Assembly (NCBI GenBank): GCA_050613775.1
Contig: JBODTK010000001.1
Location: 992,001-1,056,000 of the forward strand
Direction of reading: 5' to 3'
DNA from: Neocallimastix sp. 'constans'
Taxonomy: Eukaryota
Length of the DNA: 64,000 bases
Shown: positions 53,234 through 64,000 of the stretch, in pieces
Layout: each line of letters opens with the position of its first letter
How positions within the stretch are numbered: the stretch's first letter is position 1
Position numbers and translations under genes: made by a program
Notes under the pieces: generated by a model
Database searches by the model: none
What the model saw: the letters and a program-made list of their open reading frames with translations, nothing else
What the model was told of the DNA's origin: nothing

Positions 53234-53901
53234 GAAGATTAAACTAATGTTAAATTCACTTTACTTTATACCTTTTTTACATTAAATCAATCTATTCACA
53301 TTTGGTGGATGTATTAATTAATGCATGATTGGCTAATAATTTAATTTAAACGTTAAATTAAATCATGTATGTATTAAATTAATTTTTTAAATTTCAAATT
53401 AAATTGAAAATTTTGAACATTTATTTTTCTAAAAAAGCAGAAATAATAAAATTAATTTTATAAAATAAAAAAAAGAAAATTTTTTAAAAAAACAATTATT
53501 TTATTGTTGAATAAATTATTACCAAAAATCTATATATAAATTGCTAATATCGATATTAATATTTAAGTTAAATACTGAAGGTTGTTGTATTATGTTAAGT
53601 CCAAATATGAAATATTAATTTCTAATTTAAAATAATAATTATTATTAATAGTATATGTTATTTTATTTTAGTTAAAAGCAATTGGTAATTTAGCTAATAT
53701 ATTATAAAACATTAGAATATAAAAATATTTAAATTCGTACATATATATATATTTATATTTTCTACATATCTATTTAAAAAAAAAGCTTTATTTTATTACA
53801 TATATATAAAACTCCTTCATATTTTTTATAATTTTATTATCATTTTTTTTTTCTATTTTTTATTTTTTATTTTTTTTTTATTCCTTGTTTTCTTTTTCTT
53901 T

Positions 53902-53934
<33 letters not shown>

Positions 53935-53980
53935 TCTTTTACATTTCTGTTCTTAAATTTAAGCTAATTTTGAATTATTA

Positions 53981-54439
53981 ATGTTGATAAAAGAAGATAA
54001 GATGAACCAATTTAAAACTTATTATCTAATTGATTTTGAAAACGTAAGTATCAGAGGTTTGGAAGGGTCTGAAATGCTTACTAAAAATGATTATGTCCAT
54101 ATATTTTCAACTAAACACGGTGCATTAATTACCACGGCGACATTGGCTTCTTTAAATAATACTAACCTACAAGTTCATGAAGTGAAATCAAGGAAACAAT
54201 CGGTGGATATGAGTATAGCAACTTTTATAGGATATTTAATTGGAAAAAATGAAAAAAATATTAATTTCGTTATTATAAGTAATGATCATGATTTTGATTC
54301 TGTTAGAGAATTTTGGAAATTAAAGAAAAATTTAATTATAAAACGTCGTAATAGAATAATGCCTTATTATCAGCAAAATAATATTAACTTTTTGAAAAAG
54401 CAAATACAAATGCAAATGCAAATGCAATTGTATAATAAT

Positions 54440-54482
<43 letters not shown>

Positions 54483-54547
54483 TTCCTACTACTACTACTA
54501 ATAATAATATTAATAATAACTATATGCAGCAATATCAAAGTCAAATG

Positions 54548-54590
<43 letters not shown>

Positions 54591-54597
54591 TTAATAT

Positions 54598-54631
<34 letters not shown>

Positions 54632-54685
54632 AATTATGATAGTAACTGTAGACAGCAATATCAAAGTCAAATATATAATTATAAT

Positions 54686-54719
<34 letters not shown>

Positions 54720-55126
54720 TTAATTTTGTACAACCTCAACAACAAAAGCAAATGTATAATAGTAATAATTATGAACAATCTCAACAAGAACAATTATATA
54801 ACAATAGTAATAATAATAATTATGGACAATTTCAACGAGAAAATCAAACGTCAAATAACAATATTTATGAACAATCACAACAAAATCAAATGTATAACAA
54901 TAATATTTATGAGCAATATCAACAACATTTTTATGTGTATGATAAAAATAGTTATGAACAACTTCAGAATATGCAAATGTACAACAGTAATAGTAATTAT
55001 TATGAAGGACAACCAATACAAATAAATTATAATAATAATAATAATAATAATGATAGTGATATAAATAAAATTAATAAATATGAACCTATGGTATTTTATA
55101 ATAATAGTAATAATTCTTCACAATAA
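53981..55126 (+). CDS. PIN/NYN-like (PIN7-type) nuclease domain plus N/Q/Y-rich low-complexity tail; true start may be Met8
   Basis: YLIDFENV, KQSVDMSIATFIGYLI and IISNDHDFDSVREFW acidic motifs; intronless. Confidence 0.8.
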
Positions 55127-55289
55127 TTCAGTATAACTAATGATACTAATAATAGTACTTAAATTGAAGTAATAATAATAGTCCAAATATATATGTTATG
55201 AAGTCCATGTACAAAAAAAAAAAAAAAAAACAATTTAAACAAGAAATTTTTTTTCTCAATTTTCGGTTATTATAAAATTTTATTAAAAA

Positions 55290-55918
55290 CCAAGCTACCA
55301 AAACGACAGTCCCTTACCATATAGTTCATATGACAAACATTTGAAATAATAATAATAATTAAAAATAGTTCATTTAATTATTAAAAGTTATTTAATATCA
55401 TATATATATATATATATTTTTTTTTATTCTTTTATTAAAATATTAATAATATATATATGGTCTCTTATTTTATTATCTTAATTAAATGTATAATTATATG
55501 AATGCATTCAATTATTATTCAATTCATTATTATTATTATTAAACTTTTTTTTTTTTTTTTTTTATGATATTTATATTTTTTTTTTATTTAAAACATAAAA
55601 CAAAAAACAAAACATTAATATTAATATTAAATTAAAAACAATAATTTTAATCTAAAATAAATGTAGGATGGATTGATTGGAAAAAGTTTATTTTATTTTA
55701 TTTATTTTTATTTTTTATTTTTTTTTTTTTTTTTACTTCATTTTATTTTATTTTTTATCTAAAAAAATAATATTTTAAATCGAAAATTTTATTATAAATA
55801 TCTATTATTATTATTTTTTTCTTCTTCTTCTTATTTTTTTTCTTATTAATAATAGAATTCAATGATTTCTTCGATATATATTGTATATTAATTCATCCAA
55901 TTCAAAAGAAGGAAAAAA

Positions 55919-55950
<32 letters not shown>

Positions 55951-56390
55951 TTTTTTTTTTTAAATGAAGGAGACCATTTATCTTTTATTTTTAATATTTT
56001 ATTTTTTATTTTATTTTTTTTTTTATGCTACGGATTGGGCAGCTGGGGAGAAATCCTGCTATGGTCGTTAAAAAAAAAAAAAAGATTTTTTTTTTTTTTA
56101 TGCTTTAGACTAGGAAGGAAGAGAATCTACTTTCATTGATTAAATTAATAAAGTAAAAGTAAAAGATTTATTTAATGACTTAATTATTTATGATTAAATA
56201 TTTATGATTATTTAATCATAAATCATAAATCATTTATTATTCAATTATTTATTATTTATTATTCAATTATTAATACTATTATTTATTATTTATTATTTGA
56301 TTATTTATTATTTGATTATTTATTATTTAATTATTTATTATTTAATTATTTATTGTTTATTATTTAATTATTCATTATTTATTAATTTTT

Positions 56391-56430
<40 letters not shown>

Positions 56431-57056
56431 ATTAAAAAAGGCAAAAATAATAATAAAATTGAATATATATAATACTATATACGATATAGGTTTATATTAT
56501 TAATTTATATATAAATATATATATATATACATATTTTTTTTTTGTTAAGAGAATACATTTCCATTGTTTTTATTTATTAATTATTGAATAAATAAAAAAA
56601 AAAATTATATATATATATATTAATATTAATGTATTGTATACATTAAAGTTAAAACATACATTATAAATTTTTTAAACATACATTATAAATTTTAAGATAA
56701 AAAATGTATCAAATAAAAAAAATTAAAAAAAATAGATCTAGATTTATATTAAAAATAAAATTTAATAAAAGAATAAAATAAAGTTAATGTTATGTTAATA
56801 CAATGAATATATATATAATAAAGTGAAAAATTTAAAAAAGTTGATGATGATATTAGGATTAGCGATCTTTTTCTACCAAAAAAAAAAAAAAAGTTAACAT
56901 CTGTAAAGTTAGATCCTGTGGAGACCACTAAACTTTTTTCCTTGAACCAAGAGAAATTTTTATTAGTTGGTTCAATTTCCGTAGATTTATTGTGTATAAA
57001 ATAAATAATTATATTACTATTTGTGTTAAGATATACGAGGAGGACTAATAAATAGA

Positions 57057-57095
<39 letters not shown>

Positions 57096-57262
57096 AACAT
57101 ATCGATTTGTTATTAACTTTTTTTGGTTGTAAAAGTTTTTTTTTTTTTTTTACTATACCAATCAAAAAGAATAATTCAAGAAAGGTACTAATGACTGGTA
57201 AGGTAATCCGCAAGACTAACTATATATGGAACATTAGATCCAAAACTCTATAATTTATGATA

Positions 57263-57321
<59 letters not shown>

Positions 57322-57445
57322 TAAATATAAAAAACAAAAAAAAAAAAAAAAAGCAATAAAATAAAAATAACAATGAAAAAAGGGACTAAAATTTGATTTT
57401 TTTTTTTTTTTAAATGGTAGCAATAAAATTTGATTCTAGAGTTTA
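55290..57445 (+). ncRNA. Candidate large structured non-coding RNA
   Basis: No credible ORF; several nested 7-12 bp long-range helices between GC-richer islands, with + strand G-U pairs. Confidence 0.5.
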
Positions 57446-58090
57446 ATTGATGGTTAAAAACATATAAAAAAGAAAAAAATATAAATATATTTATTAATTT
57501 TCTATAGTTCATAATTTTTATTTTACTTTATATATATATATATTTTTTTTAATATTTGCCCAAAAATTTATTATTATTATTTATTACTATTATTTAAATT
57601 TTTATAAATATTGTTTTTTCTCTTTCATACTTTCTTTTTCTTTCTTTCTTTTATTCTTATTTATTTTTTTAAAAAACCATATACACTATAATCCATAATT
57701 TTATTTTATTTATTATCTACACGAACACATAAAAAAAATTACTATTATTCTCCTTTATTAAAGAGGAATTTTTTTTTTTTTTTAAATAAAAACTTTATTA
57801 GTTAATAAATAATTCTTTTAATAATATTTAATAATAATATATTAAAATTTATATAATTTATTTAATATTTATATAGTAAATAAATTACAAAATTTTATAT
57901 AAAATCATTTTTATATAAGATATTTATGTTATTTAAAAAACTTATAATGTTAGTGCTTAAAAATTTATTATAAATTTAATTTTAAATGATAGATAAGTAT
58001 TATTAATTTTTTTTTAAAAAAAGTTAATTGAATGTTTTTAAGTTAGTTTTTTTAAATTTAGATTAATTATTGAGTTAAATTTCGTTAAAT

Positions 58091-58942
58091 TTAGAAAAAT
58101 AAAGTAGCAATAACAGCTACAACAGCGACGAAAGAAGTAGCGATGGTCTTTTCAGTACCATTACTTTCTTGAGCAACGTTTGGTCCTTGATTACCATTGT
58201 TAGCGGTGTTGGCATTGTTAGCAACATTACCATTAACAGTATTGTTACCATTGGCGATTGGGTTAGAACCATTGGCATTGTTGATAACAGTAGCATTGTT
58301 AGCGTTAGCATTAGCATTGTTAGCATTAGCATTGTTAGTGTTAGCATTGTTAGTGTTAGCATTAGCATTGTTAGTGTTAGCATTAGCATTGTTAGTGTTA
58401 GCATTTTCATTATTAGCACTGTTAGAATCATTGTTGTTATCACTGTTATTACCATTATTGTTGTTTTGGTTACCATTGTTATCATTACTGTTGTTTTGGT
58501 TACCATTGTTGTTACCATTATTGTTGCCTTGGTTACCGTTGTTGTTTTGGTTATCGGATTTGCCTTCACGCTTTCCACCATTAATGGTGAAGAGGTGAGA
58601 GTAAGAACCATTAACATCACCGAATCTAAGGAAGTATTCTTCAACAGATGGTGGGAATTGATCAACTTCGAGCTTACTTAAATCGAATTCGGTAGTATCC
58701 TTGGTGACATCATCTACAGTGACAGAAGCAACTGGTTTACCTCTGAACTTTTCTGGATCAACACCATCGGTAAAGAAAAGATGTAAATCTTGTTTACCTT
58801 CATCACTTCCACTGTGCTTCCAGTTAACAGTGTTTTTCTTACCGAATTCCCAGACAGTACCGTTGACTGGATTAGTAATCTTAAGCTTAGCAGAAACAGC
58901 TAATAATAAAGTAGAAAATAAAGCTAATTGTTCGAATCTCAT
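58091..58942 (-). CDS. Secreted GPI-anchored protein (Kre9/KNH-like N-terminal Ig-type domain, Asn-rich linker)
   Basis: Signal MRFEQLALFSTLLLAVSA, ITNPVNGTVW..VNW, YFLRF..YSHLFTI, then an ESNG omega region and a hydrophobic C-terminus. Confidence 0.85.
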   Translation of the reverse strand: MRFEQLALFSTLLLAVSAKLKITNPVNGTVWEFGKKNTVNWKHSGSDEGKQDLHLFFTDGVDPEKFRGKPVASVTVDDVTKDTTEFDLSKLEVDQFPPSVEEYFLRFGDVNGSYSHLFTINGGKREGKSDNQNNNGNQGNNNGNNNGNQNNSNDNNGNQNNNNGNNSDNNNDSNSANNENANTNNANANTNNANANTNNANTNNANANNANANANNATVINNANGSNPIANGNNTVNGNVANNANTANNGNQGPNVAQESNGTEKTIATSFVAVVAVIATLFF

Positions 58943-60336
58943 TTTAATATATGTATTTAACAAAATAAAGCTTAAATATGATTATGTAATTTAAAATGCG
59001 TAAATAATAAAAAATGCTTGGTATATATTATATAAAAATAAAATCTTTTTAAAAAAATTTATATTTTTATAATAAAATATATTTTTTGTTTATAAATTAA
59101 TTTATTAAATAGATAATCTATAAATTCAAAAAAAAATAAATAAATGTTAAGATTTTTTTTTTTTTTTTTCGAGGAAAACATTTAGTTTTTATATTCTTTT
59201 TTTTTTTTTTATTATTATTATTTTATTTTTTATTTTATTTTATTTTATATTTTTTTTTATTTTATTTGTTATAAAATATTATTTTTATTCTAATTTAAAT
59301 ATTCAAATAAATATAAATAAATATAAACAGATAGTATATAAGCATCTTTTTATATATATATTATTTAATTCATTTATATCTAAATAGAATTATTAATATT
59401 TGTTTACTAATATTTATAATATTTATATAATATATTTAAAAATTATTTATTGATAAGAAATAAATATATAAATATATATAAATATATAAATATTTATAAA
59501 ATGTATGAGTTGATATAAAAAGTTTAAATATTAATAAAAAAAAATATTTATATGACTAATTAAATTAAAATGAAAAACGATACAAATAAAAAAAATTTTT
59601 TTTTTTTCAATTATACTTTTCATCCCAGGTATTTTTAATATATAATATATTATAAATATAAATCAATAATATATAAATATATATTGTTATTAAATAGAAT
59701 AAATGAATATATATTAATAATAAATAAATGAATTATATAATAATGGATTTATTAATTATCAATAATTATCTTTATAAATATAATAAATATATTAATAATT
59801 ATATTGTATAATAAAAAAAATGTTAAAAAGAAAAATTCAACTATTAAATTTATAATATAGAACTATATATATTGAAATATATTTAAATTATGTAATTATA
59901 TATATTATAATTAAATGTTTATATATATTGAAGTCGAAATTTTATTTTTTTTTTAATTTTAAAAGTTATTATTTTATTTGCATATATATAAAATATGAAT
60001 TCCAATTAAATATAAAATAAATTATTAATATATAGAAGTGTAAAATACATTGCCTCATTTTAATATATTTAATGTAATATAATGAATGAAAGCAAAACAA
60101 ATTAAATTTACATTTTTATTTAAAAAAAACAAAAAAAAAAAAAAAAAAAAAAAACAGAAAAGCAGAAAAATAAATAATACTTTGAAAGTAACTTGCTTTC
60201 CTTTTTACCACAACCAGTTTGTAAGCGCTCTCAATGTTTTACACATACAGAGAGAAGATCATTTACTAATTAAAAGTATCTAATATTTATTTTTTTATGT
60301 AATAAAATAGCGATCCAATATAATGATAAATAGCAT

Positions 60337-60380
<44 letters not shown>

Positions 60381-61485
60381 TAGATTTATGTTTTATTTAA
60401 TTATTAACAACCTGTTATGGCTGGTATGGTTTACAATCATTTCATATATTACAATATATTATTGTTATAAAATATTATTTATTAGTTAAATAATAATGAA
60501 TATTAACTAATAGCAGTTCTTATTCTATTTTTATGTAATAAAAAAGTTTGAATTCATTAATTATTAGATTAGTAATAATTAATAATTAATAGCTAATAAT
60601 TAATAATAGTATTTTCTATTTTCTTTCATATTGGAATTAAAACAGTAAATGCCATGTCTCTACTTATTCTAAAACAAAAGTAGAAAAAAATAGAATCGTA
60701 CAGCTTATAATTTATTTTATGAAAGAATTCTTCTTCTCTTGGCTGGATTTCTTTTTTTCTTTTTCTTTTTTTTTTTTTTTTTTGTTTATTTTTCAAAAGT
60801 TTATTATTTTTTTATATAATATTTATATATAATTAACAAACAATTATTAATTATTAATTATTAATTATAATTATAATTATGTATTATAAATAAGTAAATA
60901 GTAGATTTCATAATAGTTTTATTCGATGTTGATTTTACACCAATAAGAATTTACATTACATAAAATGTGGAAAATACATTTGTATTGTAAATGAAATTGA
61001 ATAAATAAATAAATAAATAAATAAATATAAATATGTATTTAGATAAATACGAAATTAAATTAAATACATAATTAAATAAATCAATATTAATGCATAACTA
61101 AATACAAAATTAAATGTAAATAATTCATATATAATGATTACTTTTAAGTAAAATAATTATATAAAGTTCAATGAAGTAAAATTTTTTTGCTCACTTTCCT
61201 TATTATTATTATTATTTTTTTTTATATTTTGGTCCAGTAATGTGAACAAATAATATGTATTATAAATTTTAATCTATATCAAACGTAAATATTTTTTCTT
61301 CCAATTATTCAATATTACTAACTACAATGAAAATAAATTTTATATTAAACTAAAAATAGACAATAATGTATAATAATATAAAGAATATATACATTAATTG
61401 GAATAAATATAATGAAGAATATGCAATATACTGAAGATAGTATTATAATAATATTAAGCTTTAGTAAAGCTATCAATAAATATAA

Positions 61486-61530
<45 letters not shown>

Positions 61531-61974
61531 AGAATTTATAGATATAACATAGTTTCATTTAAGAGGATAAAAGTTTTCTTTTACCATAATCTTATTTAAT
61601 TAGTTTAATTACTTTAAATTCTTAAAGATTTTGCTGCTTTCTTTAGTTGTAAAAAAAAAAAAAAAAAAAAAAAAATTAATTACTGATTAAAGAAAGTTTT
61701 TATTATATTTTTCTGTAAATTTTAAGGTTAAAATTGAATAGGATTTTAAAAAAAATTCATTTATTAACTTTTATAAATGGCTGAAAATAAAGTATCTATA
61801 CAAAATTTAAAAAAATAAAAAATTAATAAATTCTCTCTTTTTTTTTTTTTTATTTTTTATATACTATTAAAGGTATCATATGTATTATAAGAAGTATTTA
61901 TATAATTATTAGTAAATTAAAAGAAATATGTGTTTTAATTTAAAAACAATTATTAATTCGTAAAATAATTAAAA

Positions 61975-62011
<37 letters not shown>

Positions 62012-62921
62012 AATTTTGGCTTTTGCTTTTGTTGACGTTACTGTTATAGATGATCTACTATTTAATTAATATAAAAATATAATATAAGCCTTCAATATTT
62101 ACTTTATTCATTTATATATATATATTAAATAATTGTTTATTGCTATGAATAATATAATAATTTTAGAAAATAAAAAAAAATCATTAAAATACTATTTTAT
62201 TTATCTAATAACATTTCTATGATTTAATGATGATAATGAACGTATTATTTAATTAATAAACAAATAAATGATTATAAATTATTGGTAAAAAAAAAATATA
62301 AAATAAAATATCTTTGGTAATTAATATATAAATGGATTAAACAATTAATAATTAGATAAATAATATAAATTAATAATTTTTTATTGTCTAAAAATTTAAA
62401 AAAAAAACCAAGGTTTAAAAATTTTAAAATTTAATTAAAATTTTAAATATATATTATTTTATAATAGCTGAATTATAATTAATAATTAAATTTATTGTTT
62501 TTCTAAATAAAAAAGAAATATTAAGTACAAAAAGTATTTTTATAAAGTTAAGAAAAATTATACACAAAAAAAAAATTGTATTTTTAAAAAGATTATATGT
62601 ATTTTCAAATTAATTTATTATAACTTTTTTCCTATGTTATTTAATAGAAAAAAAATATTAATAAATATTAATAAAATTTCAATTTTTTTTAAATAAAAAT
62701 AATATAATAAATAATTTAAATAAGACATTATTAGCTTATTATTAATCCATACTTATATATAATATATTAATTTAATCTCGTAAAAAAAATAGCCATCATA
62801 TAATTTTAATAAATGATTAAATGATTTTTTTTTATAACAATATATATATATATATATATATACATATATAGGTTGTTATGACTTCCATAGAAAAGCAGGT
62901 TATCTTCAAATTCTTTCACTT

Positions 62922-62966
<45 letters not shown>

Positions 62967-63374
62967 TTCTTGCTTAACTTTAAATAAATAAAAAATTATA
63001 TTCCATAATTATAATTTAAAAGTAAAGTATACTAATAAAAAATTGCAACTTTTTTTTTTATACATTTTAATACTTGTATTGATTATGAAGTGCTGTCTAT
63101 AAATTTTATAGTTGGTATGAAACTCTTCAATTCAAAACAAATTTCAACTTAAAAATTATATAAATTTCTTTCATCTTTCATCTTTCATCTTTTATTCTTC
63201 TTTTTTCTTTAGTTTTCATTAGAACTTTTTTTAATGAAACTTTAAATGAATTCTATATTAACCATATTATATATTTTGTGGTTATATTATATTACAATTG
63301 TAAATGTTTTCTAAAAAAAAAAAATTCCACAATTAATGAAGATTGAAATTTCAAATTAATTCTTTTTTATTCTA

Positions 63375-64000
63375 TTTATATTATTTATTATTATTTATTT
63401 ATTATTATTTATTTATTATTATTTATTTATTATTATTTATTTACTATTTACTATTTACTATTTACTATTTATTATTTACTATTTATTATTCAATTATTTA
63501 ATTATTTATTATTTGTTATTCAATTATTTATTATTTAATTATTTACTATTTACTATTTATTATTCAATTATTTAATTATTTATTATTTATTATTTATTAT
63601 TTGTTATTCAATTATTTATTATTTAATTATTTATTATTTATTATTTATTATTCAATTATTTATTATTTATTATTTATTATTTATTATTCAATTATTTATT
63701 ATTTATTATTTATTGTTCAATTATTTATTATTTATTATTTGTTATTTATTATTTATTATTCAATTATTTATTATTTATTATTTATTATTTATTATTTATT
63801 ATTCAATTATTTATTATTTTATTTATTATTCAATTATTTATTATTTATTATTTATTATTCAATTATTTATTATTTATTATTTATTGTTCAATTATTTATT
63901 GTTCAATTATTTATTATTTATTATTTATTATTTATTATTTATTATTTATTATTTATTATTTATTATTCAATTATCAATTATTTATTATTTATTATTTATT
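63375..64000. repeat. (TTATTTA)n repeat with TTCAA variants
   Basis: Direct reading. Confidence 0.9.

Noticed and set aside
57020..57225. Group I intron-like words (AAGATATA, AATCCGCAAG, GACTAA)
   Set aside because: Wrong order for P-Q-R-S, and no P7 pairing found.
58117..58994. Overlapping ORFs on the GPI-protein gene
   Set aside because: Frame and antisense shadows of the Asn/Ala repeat.
60244..60262. ATACAGAGAGAAGATC resembling the U6 ACAGAGA box
   Set aside because: Lacks the AGC triad/ISL and the rest of U6.

Overview
Extremely AT-rich, intron-rich eukaryotic DNA. The A/T homopolymers, AAT microsatellites, intronless bacterial-type pyruvate formate-lyase and a flagellar gene together suggest an anaerobic gut fungus (Neocallimastigomycota; inference). 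The window contains pflB, a 4-TM Cys-rich protein, an intact Ty1/copia LTR retrotransposon, a DUF218 gene, RPS20, CFAP300, a PP2C-like gene, SKI8/WDR61, an Elongin-C-like/LRR gene, U1 snRNA, a bacterial-type PIN-domain gene and a GPI-anchored protein. Two things stand out. (1) The copia element has a primer-binding site complementary to the anticodon arm of tRNA-Lys(CUU), a CCG-AGG-C +1 frameshift site, and a ~440-bp flanking duplication instead of a 5-bp TSD. (2) A ~2.1-kb non-coding region (55290-57445) has scattered GC-richer islands that pair with each other over long range, with G-U pairs that work only on the + strand, so it is a candidate large structured RNA. Everything was read by eye; no searches or folding were run.
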